Counted from the stretch's first letter, positions 1 to 13,312 are shown. The stretch: DNA of 64,000 bases from Camelus ferus (GCF_009834535.1 NC_045696.1:24926001-24990000); one strand, 5' to 3'. Numbers and translations are program-made. The notes: a model not told the origin generated them from the letters alone.

Positions 1-1019
1 AAAATACATTCAAAAGGCAAAAACTTGATCCTAGGTGCTTAGAGGTGAAGTTTAGAGAGAAATACTTGAAGGCATAGCTCAGAGAATTGAGTAGGTAACA
101 GAGCCCAGGAACCACAGTCAGTGCTAACAGTACAGGTAGGGTGTTGCACTGGGGAAGAATGCTGACACAGGATAAACAGAACTCAGGATTAAACGGAAGA
201 ACAAGCAAGGGGCTGATGGTCTGGATTTCTGCACTGAGAAGAAGGAATAAATCCGGAATGTGAGAAAAGATATAGTTAACATTGCAATGTGATGTGAGAA
301 CATCCCACTAAAGGTAAAGGTGTTGATGGTAACCATCACTTTACTCACTAACAATAGATTTTTAAATTTTAAAAGTCTTGCTTGAAGACATTCAATTTCA
401 CCCTAGCTATAAAGTTCTGCTAAGCTTTGATTGGATGTTACTGGTATTCTGAGGCATGGGAAATTGACCACATGGCCACGTGACATATATCTGTAGTTGT
501 ATCGGCCAGGAAATAATGTTGTAATCATAACTTACACGTAGCAGATTTTACATGTGCTACCCTTTATAAAGCACTGCAAGCACGTTATTACTTTATACTG
601 TTTTCCTTTACTGCATTTGTCTTTCTTGTTACTGATTGTCATATCTGCTGACTTCATAAATTGTCTTTTCTCAACACTATTCAATCATCTTTTTTCCTTT
701 GTCAAAACTTTTAAGTCTCAGGGTCTCCAAGAGAATATTCCAGACAAGCCTCATCAGTTTCCAGTCACTGATACACCATTGTGATCTCATCCTTAGAGGC
801 TTTCCTTTCCCCTTCTCAATTTAACACAGCTTTCAAATATGGTTTCCAGTAAAATGGAGTTGTTTATATGGTTTTATATTTCTTCCCGCGCCTTTATAAG
901 CATTTATCCATATTGACATTGATTTCTATCTGGCCACGAACTGTTCAAGTTAAAAAAGATTGTACAAGATGGCTAATCTTTATCAAGAGCCATATCATCT
1001 CAAAAAAGAGGCACAAATT

Positions 1020-1132
1020 GATGCATATGTTAAAACTAAGGCATAGACTAAGGAGCCTTTCCCCCAAATCACACAGCTACTAAGGGGATGAGCTAGAATT
1101 TGAATCCAAAGCCCATGCTTTTAACCATCATT
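1020..1132 (-). mobile_element. MIR SINE fragment
   Basis: aaactaaggcatag...cccaaatcacacagcta...gaatttgaatcc...gcttttaacca matches the reverse MIR core. Confidence 0.75.
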
Positions 1133-1184
1133 TGTACTTCTTTCCTAAATTAAACTCTACTAGTTGATGACTTCAAGTCTCAAC

Positions 1185-1350
1185 AATGCCACTCATTATC
1201 TGGATGTTATTATAACTCACTATAAATACCTTGATTTCCTTCTTTGTAAAATGAAAGTCAGTATATACCTCATAGATTTATTGTAATGATTCCATGACAT
1301 AACACATGAAGACTTTGGAAGGAACCGGAAAGTGGCAAGCTTTTATTTGC
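1185..1350 (+). mobile_element. MIR SINE fragment
   Basis: gccactcatta...tttccttctttgtaaaatg...tacctcatag...ttgtaatgatt. Confidence 0.65.
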
Positions 1351-4132
1351 TCAATGGTGTATCAATGTTGTGTATGGTTGATGCTAAGTATGTTTTGATT
1401 AATGGATGAATGGAATGTTCATGCTTAATAGTGTTCAACACATTAATATGAAGTTAATAAGTGTAGTTATTTAGTTGTTGACTAATAATTATTTTGCTTT
1501 TTAGTGTTTTTTGGCCAAAGATTTTTAAGTCTCCTCAATAGTTTAAGCATTTTTTTTAAGTTTGGAAGAATTCTTAAAGGTATCTTATTTTATACTTTCC
1601 TTAGTAAATGCTAAATTCCTTCATGTAGGAGAGAGCTATGTTATTGTTGGTACAATGGCTTAATATTCACTTTTATTCCCTGTGTTCTGGTTGTGATTTA
1701 ATTGGTATTTAGAACAAAGCTTGCTACTTATTATATGCTTTCATAATTGCAAATTTGTGTTTTAATATCTTCTACACATATATTGTGCTTTCCTTTACCT
1801 CCTTAAATCTTCCACTGTTTCATAATCATGGCATTTGAAATCTCATAAAATGTTATTTGGGGGCTTGCTGGAAATGTCATCTACATAGTAATGGTTTAAG
1901 TTTGTGCATCTTTAAAGCATAATAGGAGATGGAATTCATAGCAGAGTAATAAACATCTCTCTTTAGGGTATGGACTTGTGATTGGTATGACTTTGCGCCC
2001 AGAGGGCAGTTAGCAAAACAGCATTATGACTGTGTGCACAAGGATAAAATAAGTAAGAAAAAATATCCTTTGAACTACACAAAATTATTTTTTGTCAGAA
2101 TCTGATGTCTGTGAACGCTAGACTTGTGACCTCTTAGTTTAGCTTTACAAATGGCATAAATGAATAGGATTTTTAAGCCACACTTGGGTGAACAATAAGA
2201 ATCTAGAAGCACATTGTTTGGACACACCTTCAGAAGCTGCTGTAGCTAACAGTATCAAGCAGAGAATCCCTGTTGGGTGTAGAGCTCTCCAGCCCTTCCT
2301 GTGGAAGTAGATCTGGACGTACAGCTGGAAAGTCTATCACACATGACCTGCGAAAGCAGAGAGTTTAAATACAGTGCTAAGTTTAATCCAGAGGAATGCC
2401 AAATCAAAAAACAATTAGCTTTCCATATGTTCTTTCCCCCATGGGTGCTACTCTCAAGGTGGCTTAAATGCGTTAGAATTGTATGAATAATTACAAAAAG
2501 GCTTCATTAGTGACATCCAAGCAAGCTAAACTTCTTGCTCTGTGAGCCCAGGCACATGTATACGTCGTTTCCTTTAGATACGGTGAAGGTAGGTTTACCA
2601 AGTTATCAGTTGATTTTCTGTCATGTTTATATGCCTGTGTTATAATTTAGAAACTAGAACTACTCAAAGCCAACTTGTGTCAAGTTTCTCAGAATCTCAG
2701 AGCCTGACTGCTTGAATCTACCTCTATTTTTGCATGAGAAATCAAGACCTTTGCCTAGTTTAGAAAACATATTCCCATTCCCAAATTAATCAGGAAATAA
2801 GACAGTTTCTAGTTTTCAATATATTACATATTTCTAGTAATAGCACAAGTAAAGGATTTTAGTTAAATTCATAGAGAAGCTAGAAGTTTTTCTAAGAATA
2901 AAATTTATAAAAGAAAAGATCTTTGGTATTAAGAATAAGGCCCTCAATGATGATCCAAAAATGTGTAATTGTGAGATTAGGTTGGGGAAAGACAGAGTTG
3001 AACTCTTTTATAGCAATGAGAATGTAGGTGTCAGATAAATACACTATCAAAAAGTCTTCTAGGAATCCTAGTGGAAAAAATGTTTATGCTTTTGAGAGAC
3101 TCATGGAGAGGGGTTGAGATGCTGGAACTCTGAAGACACTTAACTATCTCAGGTTTAGTAAAGATGCAGATCGTGAATTCCAAAAATGCTCCATCAATGA
3201 GCTTCATATTGATTCTGAGCTCAGTTTCAGGAAGGTCCATTAAATAGGTGTTTTGAGAGCACTTAGGATAAAATGCTGGCAGCAGAGATTCACTAAATGA
3301 GTCAGTCATGCCAAGCTAACCTCAATGGCATCGTTACAGAGGAAAAAAAAAAAAAAAGTAGGCTTTAGACACTGACAATCTGGATATTTCCAAAGTATTG
3401 TGGGACTACAACTGCTCTTTGTCTCTGTTCCTCCCAGGACTGATTCCTGAGGAAAGGAGGGTTGAATTTTGATCTAGAAATTGATGTTGGTTGGCAAATA
3501 AAATAATAAGCTATCCTTTAGGCTGCTTTATGTTCTGTTAGTTATTAGATCATGTGAATGTATTCTTAACAGCAAACACAGAAAGCTCACATTGCAGTCT
3601 TACGGAGAAGACTTTCTTACATTATCTTCTGTTTAATGTTCTTCAAAAGACCTATTATTTTTCTTCAGGATTCACACTGCCAACTACTTGAAAACAGGGA
3701 CCATATCTGTCTTAAAGTAGTTAACAGATGTCTTTTATACTATGGGGCTTTAATTTTTAAATATTCAATTATTAGACCGTGCATAGTGTTATAAGCCATA
3801 TAAGATACACTTGCTATTCCCATCAGAGGCATTCTCTATTCCTCTGGTTAACAGAACTCCCATTTTATATAGGACTTGGACACCCTGTGCTTCAAGGAGC
3901 CCTCCTCAGCCCTAGAATGAATAGCGACAGATCTAAGTCAATGGTTCTCAGCTCTGTCTGACCCAGTTTCTCCAGTTCATAACAAATTCTTAAATGGCCC
4001 CTCCACTGCTCCAAAATGTTAGTGAGGACCTATTGTATGTATTCAAGTCACTAAAAAAAATAATGTACCAACTAATATAAGTGAGAAATAATTTTAAATC
4101 AATTTATAATAAAACTGTGTTGTACCAAAGCC

Positions 4133-4180
4133 GTACATATTTAAGTACATATTTAAGTACATATTTACATATTTAAGTAC
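4133..4180. repeat. 12-bp tandem repeat (GTACATATTTAA)x~4, one unit with a deletion
   Basis: Directly visible; produces the YLNM repeat in ORF 4094..4306. Confidence 0.9.
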
Positions 4181-4326
4181 AATGGAAGGTAATAAAATTT
4201 TCATGTCTGCACCCATATCTGGAATCACTGCAGATACAAAGCAATATAGATGCATGTGAGTTTCACTGGAGAAAAACACTGAAACTGCCATCCCCATTGT
4301 TGACATGATTGATCTGGGCTGGCACC

Positions 4327-4740
4327 TGTGATTGACATATTCTGTTTGCCCCTCATCCTCAGTTGTACTCCACCATTTACCTCCCTTCTATCCAAACAGA
4401 ATGGCGTGTATTGAATAGATCAGTAGGCTACCTTGCTCTTTAGCTTCCGAGAGAAGGAGAAGAGAGGGGTCACGGGTTATTCCACAAGCTCCCTTCCTAG
4501 GAGGTCTCCTTGGACAATCTGTGTCTCTCATAAGAAGGTCATGTTCCCTTCTTGTCTCAAAGAGGCTTCTTCCCCATGACTCTCTGCTACTACTAACCCA
4601 GAGTTATTGTGTTACTTACTGTGGTAAGTTATGCCTCTACTCCTGTCTCCCACACCTTTGTAAGTAGTCTCTTTGTAAACAAAATTTTAAGTTATCTTAA
4701 TTTGAGAATGCTCTTTTTTTGTGCTCATGGGAATACAGAT
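4327..4740 (+). mobile_element. LTR33-like ERVL LTR
   Basis: tgtg start; tctgtttgcccctc, ggctaccttgctctttagcttcc, cacacctttgtaagtagtctctttgtaaac resemble LTR33. Confidence 0.6.
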
Positions 4741-5034
4741 ATTTGAGATAATTATTTTGTTAAAGATCATGTAATTTGAACAGAGACATTTTGCCTTGAC
4801 CCATCATGTAATTTCTTTCATTTTACCTGCAAAATTATCCCATGGTAATTATTTAATGATCAATTTGCATGTTAAAAAAACACTTTCTACAATGTCACAT
4901 TATACATCCAATATTAGATAATATTATTTTAACAATGTTGACACTATTTAAATCTATGATGTTCTTTAGTATTGACTGTGAAGCAAAGCAACTTTATCTG
5001 TAACAGGCTTATGTTGATTTTTAATTTTAAGAAG

Positions 5035-5036
<2 letters not shown>

Positions 5037-5072
<36 letters not shown>
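5037..5072. repeat. (TA)18 microsatellite
   Basis: Directly visible. Confidence 0.95.
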
Positions 5073-5076
<4 letters not shown>

Positions 5077-6007
5077 ATCTCCTCTGAATTCAACTTTTGA
5101 TACAAAGATAATGAAATCTCAAGAGGAAAATGAATCACTGTATGATTCTATTCTGGAAATCACGACTTGATCACTCATCCAACAATGTGTATTAATTTTT
5201 CTCCACATCGTGCACATACACACCAGGCTGACTAACGTTGAAAAAGGTGCATCTTTCGCTACGACTTCATGAAATCGTCAATCTCACTGAACCTAGGTTT
5301 TTTTTTTAATTCTTCTTTTCTGCTATCAATAAATGTCTTCTATGAAATGAACAAGTAGGAAACACTGAAAAAGAACCTTAACTAGCTCCCCTATTTCTCA
5401 AGAATTTGTTTTCAAGTAACTCTCATCTTCCTTCCTTTACAAGCTTTATTTTTCTTTACTGTTTCTAATAACAGCCTTTCCTGTTTTCCTCTACTTTTAA
5501 AAAAGACACCCACAGAAAAGAAAAAAAAAGTATGACATTTCCAGTGCAGCTGCAAAATTTACACTGCTATAGAAAAATATTACCTGCTTATAAAGAAAAA
5601 AAAAAAACAATAAAAACATGAACCGAGAAAGCACAGAAGGTAGTAATCACATTTAGTTGTTTATCATGGAATCATCTTTATAATCCATCTGTTATGATTA
5701 CGCAGAGCAAATTGTGAGTAATTAGGAAGCATCTACTAATTTTATAGATTTAGGCTTGAAGGCTTGTAAGGCCAATACAACACAAATTTTATGGACTTTT
5801 TTTTTTTATATTTAGAATTCAACTTGGATAAGTGGCCATCAGGTAGGTGGATGACGGAAGCTTAAGAGACACATACAGATAGCCTTCCTGCAGCTTTCAT
5901 GATATAAATACTGTAGCATATTTTCTATTCCTGCTTTATTTAAAAAATCACATTTTGTTTAAAAAGATAGCATCATAGTCTACAAAGTATAAAATTCAAG
6001 ACCAAAG

Positions 6008-6549
6008 TGTTACCAAGCCAGGTTCGTTTTGCTTGATGTCGGACGAGAAGCCAAAATATCCAGCGGCTGAGGTTTGCAGCAAACAAAGGGCTTATCTGCA
6101 AGGCAACCAAGCGAGAAGATGGCAGAAAGAATCTCAAATGTGCCTCCCCAAACGTGCAGGGCTCTAGGTATTTTTGAGATAAAGCAAAAAGAAGCAGGGA
6201 GCTCTGAGGTGCGGGGAGAGCGGGAAAGCTGATTGGAAAAAGGTGCGGGAATCCCTACGGTAATGATTCTGAGCAGGCGTCACTAGGCTATTGGCCTCTT
6301 AGGTTGGAGGGCGGAGTCTTCGGCCCTCTGAGGAGAAAGGTCAGGGCGCATGCGCAGTTGAAGGGCCCGTGGTCCTGTCTGGTCTTAGCCAGCTCGGCTC
6401 CAACTAGCCGCAACCGACTCCAGGTTTCTGGAAAATAATTCAAGCAAAATGTCTTATTGTTTGAGCTACCTGTGGCTTAACGGACTTGCAAGTCTTAAAA
6501 CGGCCTTGATTGGAGGAGGTAGGTGAAATGGATTTAACCCACGGTTTCA
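6008..6549 (-). mobile_element. Solo ERV LTR (ERV1-like), CpG-retaining
   Basis: TG...CA termini, 542 bp, near-TSD AAAG/GAAG, GC-rich with many CpG. Orientation inferred from typical LTR layout. Confidence 0.75.
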
Positions 6550-6759
6550 GAAGGGAAGCAATGTGTTAAAAAAAATAAATTCCTGTGTAAAATTAGTCAC
6601 CATTGTTGTTCAAATATTTTTAGCGTCTTTATTATAAGCACGGTTTTGTCCCAGATGTGTGGCCCTGATGATATCATGTATTTGAAACTGAAAAAAACCC
6701 CTGTTTTTTCTCTATTGGGCATTGCCTACATATTAGCTTTTCCAGATCCAAATTCCTAT

Positions 6760-6965
6760 TTGTAGCCATCGCTATGGCAGAAAACCAGGTAGTTGAGAAA
6801 GTCGAGAACTCCAGCTTCTGGCGTGTTCTTGATTGGTTGTGATTGACGTTGCCTGTGATGAGGGTTTAGTGGAGATGCACGATTGGTAAACTGGGGTTTA
6901 AGCCGACCCGCTGAGCCGTTGCCTGGAGGTGTAACTCAACAAGGAGAGAAGCAGTTTGGGGCAAA
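6760..6965 (+). promoter_or_regulatory. Promoter-like cluster: inverted CCAAT boxes, X-box (RFX)-like, CRE half-site and MYB-like sites
   Basis: GATTGG at 6831 and 6881, ATCGCTATGGCAGA 6768-6781, GTTGCC at 6848 and 6918, TGACGT 6844-6849, CCGTTG 6916-6921. CpG is locally elevated and the ATG and splice donor lie just downstream. Confidence 0.6.
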
Positions 6966-7049
6966 ATGACCGACAATTTTGAACTATAGGTTGTTATAAG
7001 TCAAGCTTCCAACACCAAAAGTCACCCTGAGATGGAAAAACATAGAATG
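6966..7049 (+). pseudogene. Candidate first coding exon relic: MTDNFEL*VVISQASNTKSHPEMEKHRM
   Basis: ATG at 6966 (AAAATG) is in frame with a second ATG at 7032; one TAG. Ends phase 0 at ATG|GTGAGT, directly downstream of the promoter cluster. Confidence 0.5.
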
Positions 7050-9905
7050 GTGAGTTGAGCATTTAATTTTTTTCATTTTGGTAGTTAGGGAAGTTTTGGT
7101 AAACAGTTTCTCACTGTATTCCTCTAACTCTGGGCCAACTTGGGGCATGGGCTTTACGGAAAACAGTATTGAGATCCAGTGGAAATATATTTTTGAGCAA
7201 TAGAGATAGTTATTCTGGCCCAAGAGTTGCCTTTTTTCCCCTTTGTTATCTAGAAGGTGCTTTTTCTTGCTGCTGGCCCCCACTGGGAGTGAATGTTGGG
7301 TAGAAGAGAAGGTGTTCCAGTGGAGAATGGAAAGAGGTTCTAGCAGGAGTGCAAATGAAGCGCGAGCCACAAAAGTGTGCCTTTGTGGACCAGGGGCGAG
7401 GGCTGTGGAAGGCAGAGGAAGAGGAACCAAGGGACCTGAGAACCTCACTGCTTTCTCGAACTTGTGAGGGTGAAATTTTCAGCAATATATATCAATAATT
7501 AATTAGAGGCTTTTTAGACAGTATGGCTTTTAATAGATACCTTAATTGCTGAAGTCTCTCCTCAGTACTACACATGACCTGTGGACAGGTTTTAGTCATT
7601 ATTAATTATTCATTTATTCAACAAATAGTATCTAAGTTCAAAGTCCTAAAAAAAAAAAAAAAAAAAAAAAATGAAGGGCACTCTGTCTGCCTCCCAGGAC
7701 ATTAAAACCCTAGCTGCTCACTGAGGGAAAATAGGGGTCCTGTGTTAAATAGCTGGGCTCTAATTTATAACTGGGACTCTGCTGCTGACCTGCTTCCTTG
7801 TTCCTGTAACCTTCCTGTTATTCGGCTCACTCCCTACCCCTGCCACGGCCAACCCGCTTTTGGATGGACCTCCCTCACCATAACACCTACCTAAATCTTT
7901 GTTCTTAAATTTGTCTTAACTTAAAGCTGCAACAGAATGTAGTTTGGAACATGAGGCTTGAGGATAAGTAATGACTGAAGCTGTTTTGACTCAAAGACCT
8001 TTGGGAGAAGGAAGTTAGTAGCCAAATTCCTTTGAAAGTTTTCTCTTGTCTTTCACGCATCTGGGGCTGAAAAATTAATTTCTATATCAGTGATATTTTA
8101 ACAGGCATTCATGCAAATCAGTTCTGGTGGGAGTTTATTATCCTCCAATAACAAGTAATACATCCCTTACTTATATTAAGTGTAAGTATAAATTACATAT
8201 GTTATATAAAGCTATCTTTTAAAATTACAGCTATACTGTTTAGGTTTTAAAACAGTCCAGGTAATTTTCAAGCATTTTGACGTTTCCAGGAAAGTGTTCC
8301 CTTTCCTTTCAGTTTACATGACTTTAAAAACTTGTGAGTTACCATCTACTATTTGCATCACTAACTTAACTCAGCATGCTTAAATTTATTTCTCTATTTA
8401 TCAAATTATCTAGTTGATTTTTCAGAGCCCTTCTATAGCTTTTTGAAAATAAAAGAGAAATAATTATTAAAGAATTGTGTTTAAAACCAGAGTCATATAG
8501 TGAGAGGTTGTGTATTTTTTTCAGGTGTTCATAATGAATACATTTCTTTTTCAGTATAATAGTTTGTCATTAAAATAATCACCCAACCTTGGTGATTTTT
8601 CATGTAACAGTGTTTTATAAAGTGATTTTAGGTAGTGAGAAGGCACATGCCATTATCTGTAGTTTACCAGAAAGTGCCAGTAACTTGGTAACTTGAATAC
8701 ATATCCCTAACCATGGACCATTTCTCCAGGCGCCAGGAGGTATCCCAGATTTGGGGGTCGGAACAAGAGCTCATTTGGTATGTGTTCATCCATAATGGTA
8801 AAGGTCTTGGCTTTTGACTGTATTAGTATAAAATCTAGAACAGTTCAAGGATAGTTGGATAATTTCTGCTCTCTGAAGAATGTGTATTATTTCTAAGAGA
8901 TGTAAGAGTGAACTACCTTAAAACTCAAAATAGTAAAATAAGTCTTTAGGGTGGCCTTAGAACTGCCTGTCCCAATGGAAGCTTCTCTAGAAGAAAAACT
9001 AATCTTTCAGTCTCTAAATAGTGTCTTCCAAGTTGGTTTTAAGGGATAATTGGAAAACCTGTTTTAAATATACATGGGATTCCACATCAATCCCTGTCTC
9101 TACTGCTAGCCTTTGTGAGTAAAGCTTGTTGGCAGAATGATGGCTTTTGGGGCAAGTGGCTAATTAGACTTTTTAGTACTGAAGATCCTTTTGGTACTAG
9201 GTTATTAGGGTGATCTAAAATAGTACCCGTATCCTGCTGCCCAGTTGTCTATTTTGATTCCTTTTTTTCAAAGACAATTTTAAATGCAGAGGTTTTATTC
9301 TCTTTTATGCTCTTTTATAAAATAATCATATTTTTGAATTTCTTTTCCTAGCTATCCAAGCTATGCATGTTTTTTATTGTCAGGAAAAATAACACTCGAT
9401 AGATCACTAGATCAAGAAATGCTTGATATAACATTTATTTTTATGACCCTTGAAAGTTTTTTCAATCTACATGTTTAATTTATTTATGAGTGACTGTACA
9501 TGACTGGAATAGATATTCTTACTAGTCAGAAACACTTGTGTGGCTAACATAAAGTGCGTTAGGAATGAAAATAAGCGAGTAGAAACAGTATTCTGTGAAT
9601 ATTGCCCTAATTAGAACTGCCAATTTTCCAGGGATTGAAGATCCTAGATCTGTCTTTATCTTTCAACTTTGGATCATAGGAACATCCCATTATAATGAGC
9701 CAAGGGCCTATTTGATAATTAATGATAATCATTTTCATGCTTTTAAATAACTGCTTAGGACACAGCTAATTTGTAGTAGGATTTTGAAGTGCAAATTACA
9801 CATTTCTCTTTAAATAATTAGAGTAAAATATAGACATGTACAATTTACACTCCATACACACAACTAACTTCAATTTGTCCCTAGAAGAAAGCTTTAATTT
9901 TGCAG

Positions 9906-9958
9906 GCGCAGTCCACAAAACAAGGTGTTAATAACTACATCTTTATTCTCACTTTTAA
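9906..9958 (+). pseudogene. Candidate exon relic (phase 0 to 2): AQSTKQGVNNYIFILTF
   Basis: ttttgcag acceptor, TAA|GTGAGT donor, open frame, phase compatible with neighbouring exons. No diagnostic motif. Confidence 0.4.
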
Positions 9959-10514
9959 GTGAGTTCTTTTCAATCAGTACAACACGACTGCAGTTTGTAT
10001 GCAAATAGAAACGGTCAAGTTCCTTAAGGGGATGACTTACTTTCAGTCATATTCAGGGTTATATATACTTCTATAGTAGGGACAGGAATTCATAACCCTT
10101 TGTTAAATAATGCAGCCCTCTTTGAAGATGTCTCTAAATTACATTTCCCTTGTTATATAGCTAGTTTTCATGTATTCACAAATGAGATACATTATAATTA
10201 TTAATGCAAAAGCACAGCATAAAGTTGAGAATATAAATAGTTTCACTTGGAAAGAACATACTGAATGAATTATCAAAGCAATTTTATTTGTTCTCAGATT
10301 TACCATAGAAGAAATAAAACTCCCTTATTAAAATTTCCCAGCACTTAAATCCATTTAAGTTCTATTTCATATGCCCTTAAGTTCTTTGGTTGTTACTGCC
10401 AGTAAAAGGAGAGCACCTGATAATAAAATCATTCTTCTCTCATAATCTTCTCCTGATGAGTACACAGAATACTGTCTCCATTCTGGTGAGAACGCTGCCT
10501 CTCTGTCTCCTTAG

Positions 10515-10565
10515 AGTTTGTGTGGATATGAGGAGAAAATGTTTGTTAATTTTACTTCCTATAAG
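10515..10565 (+). pseudogene. Candidate exon relic, 51 nt
   Basis: Strong acceptor ctctctgtctccttag and donor AAG|GTAAGG. Open in phase 2 (VCVDMRRKCLLILLPI) and in phase 0 (SLCGYEEKMFVNFTSYK). Confidence 0.5.
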
Positions 10566-10657
10566 GTAAGGTCTCAACGATTGAAGGTCAATCAACAAAC
10601 TTTTCTTTTATTTTCATACTGTGTCTTGCAATTGCCAGCCAGCTTCTGTTTAGTTAT

Positions 10658-11500
10658 TGTGGTATTGTGATTTATAATATATATTTTGGTCTTTGTCCAT
10701 AGTTCCTGGCTCAGAGTTCCCCAAACCCTTGAAATTCCTGAACAATAAGAGCATCTTTTATATTTGGTCTCTTGTCCTCAGCTCCTGATATTGCTTCAGA
10801 CCTATAAAGGTGAAAATAGTATCTTCTTATTCATAACAAGAGCTTTTCCTCCATACCTGAGTTTATGTTAATGAAGCAACTTTGGAAATCCCTTAAAGAT
10901 GGTTGTGGATGCCAAAGGAACAAATCAGAAACAGAGGATTGGAATTTTCAGTCCCATCCCCTGATTTCTAAGAGGTTGATCCAATCACTCGTGGCCATCA
11001 GAATGCCTATGCAGTGAAGCCATATAAAAATCCGATTAAAGGGAGGGTTGAGAGCTGCTGGATTGGTGAGTGCATGGAGACGTGGGGAGTAGTGCACTCA
11101 GAACGGAAGCTCTGAGCTTTTCCCCGTACCTTACCCTCTGCATCTCTTCATCTGGCTGTTGATAAATATCCTATAATATTCTTTGTAATAAACCCATAAC
11201 CTAGTGAGCAAAATGGTTTCCTGGTTATGTGAGCTTTTCTGGCACACTAATCAAAACCAAGGAGGGGGTCATGGGAACATTTGATTTATAGGCATTGGTC
11301 AGGAACATGGGTGACAGTGTGGACTTTGGATTGGCATCTGAGGTTAGGGGTCGGTTTTGTGGGACTGAGCCCTTAGCCTATGGGATCTGATGCTATCTCT
11401 GGGTAGATAATGCCAGATTTGACCTGAACTGTAGGATGCCTAGCTGGTGTCAGAAATGGTTGGGGTGTGGAAAATACTCACTGGGACTGACTGCAGAGTC
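10658..11500 (+). mobile_element. MER21-family LTR
   Basis: tgtggtattgtgatttataatatatattttggtctttgtcc...ttcctggc start; gggatctgatgctatctctgggtagata and ctggtgtcagaa near the end. Confidence 0.8.
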
Positions 11501-12277
11501 ATTAGATGTTGAAATATAAAGGAAGAGATCTAACATTTATAAAGACTGACATATGTTCCAAAAATTGTATTGATAAACTATTATTTTAATTATCACACTC
11601 ACTTTCCATTTAGTGTTATTGTTTTCATGCTTTGAAAGGTTTACTAACTAGGAATAGACTTCATAGCTCACAAGAGGAAGAAACTCAGGTTTGTGGAACT
11701 CAGGCTTCTAGGATTCTAAAAGTCACATGATTTCCTGGACTCCTATCTCCATACTGAACAGAGAAGAGAAAGACTAGACTCTTCTGCAAGCAGAGAACCA
11801 AGTTTTTAAATCAGAAAAATGAATTATCTCTAAGGATAAAATAGATAGCAAGACCTCAAGACTAGATTTTAAAGTAGTGACATGGGTAGCTAGGACATAT
11901 GTTTAGTGACAAGATTGCTATGAATACTTGACCAAAAATCTCCCTCATGAGTCCCAAATTATATGCACAGCTGTTTTAATGAGAATTACATGAATCATTT
12001 ATATCAGGCTCTGAAAAGAGAATTATCAAAATAAGATTAAAATTTTCAACAATAAAAATCTTGTCTAAGTGGTAAGAAATATATTAAACAGAGGACTCTA
12101 TTCCCCAGGCAGTCTGGTTAACAATTTAGCTTGCTCAATGTGTAAAAAAAAAAATACTACAACTGACAAAATTATGAAAGGTCTTCTAACTGTGTGTTCA
12201 GTGTAGCTGGCCATACTTCCATTTGGGAATTAAAAGGGCAGATTTTTCTGTCAAAGCTCTCTGCTATTCTCTTCCAG

Positions 12278-12316
12278 ATTCCATTTCTGGAGAGATCTGG
12301 AATGAGGATGACTTAG
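12278..12316 (+). pseudogene. Exon relic with RGS 'FW' motif: (R)FHFWRDLE*G*L
   Basis: ttctcttccag acceptor and TAG|GTAAAA donor; phase 2 to 2. FWxDxE resembles the RGS alpha4 FW motif. Confidence 0.55.
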
Positions 12317-12579
12317 GTAAAATAGCAATTTTTCAATTTAAAATTTAAAGTCAAAATGGAAGTAACTTTTAAGAAATTTTTAAAAATCCAAATCTTAAAA
12401 TCACTGAATCCTAATTGATACAACCACTCATATCTCCCTCAGAGATTAATTTTTGACCCTGGCTCAGTATAACTCCTGCATACTCCTGTCTTAGTTCTAG
12501 TGTATGTCAGTATTGTCATAGATGACCCTTTGCATATCCTGACCTCTCAGTTCATTGAATTCCTCTACTCCAGTGACAC

Positions 12580-13273
12580 TGTTTCTACTCATAACACTTC
12601 TGATTCCAGATATGTGAGTTTTTCCCTCACAACAGCCAATTCTACACGTTCCAGGCATCAACTGGGTGTCCTACAATTCAATTCTATTTTGAAACTATTT
12701 ACCTACAGCCAGTGTCAGATACTGCAAATTAAGGAGAGTCCCACAGGACTGCCCAGCATTTCAGATACCAATGGCAAGTTTAAAGCCTCTGTCCTTCTGA
12801 CACCCTGGCTATAAATCAGGGGTTCCCACAGCTCCCTCCACAAGTTTGGTAATGCCCAGTCTGGGTGTATTACCCTGCCAGCACCTTGGTGTATTCACCA
12901 ACCCAGAAGCTCTCCAAACCCCATTGTTTAGGAGCTTTTATAGTTTTCATTGCATAGGCATGATTGATTACATCACTGGCCAAAGGTAATTAATCTCTAG
13001 CCCCTCTTCCCTCTCCAGAGATCAGGGGGCAGCAGTGAAAATTTTAACCCTCTAATCATACCTTGGTTTTCCTGGTGACCAGCACCCATCCTGAAGCTGT
13101 CTAGGGGCCCCCGAGCCACCCTAGTTACCTCATTAGAGGTATACTTTTAGAATAAACTCACCTACAGTTGAATTGCTTTCCTCACCCGTATCAGGAAACT
13201 CTAAGGTTTTAGGATCTCTGTGCTAGGGACAAAACCCAAATATATCTTATTATATCCTGGTATCATAATCACA
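12580..13273 (-). mobile_element. MER21-family LTR (reverse), inserted in L2
   Basis: tgtttctactc..acacttctga..ctgggtgtcctacaattcaattc at left; gggacaaaacccaaatatatc...tcaca at right. Confidence 0.8.
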
Positions 13274-13312
13274 CTGTCTTGTTCACTCTCCCCTCCAGGT
13301 CCTTCCCTAGAC

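Noticed and set aside
2578..2588. 11-nt microexon-like AG...GT unit
   Set aside because: Isolated; such pseudo-exons are common in AT-rich DNA.
3031..3309. 92 aa minus-strand ATG ORF preceded by a poly-T tract
   Set aside because: No recognisable domain, no partner exons and no convincing acceptor. Left unassigned.
6984..7485. 154 aa minus-strand ORF and neighbours near the promoter
   Set aside because: No homology recognised; GC-richer promoter-proximal intron sequence. The splice and motif evidence favours the + strand unit.
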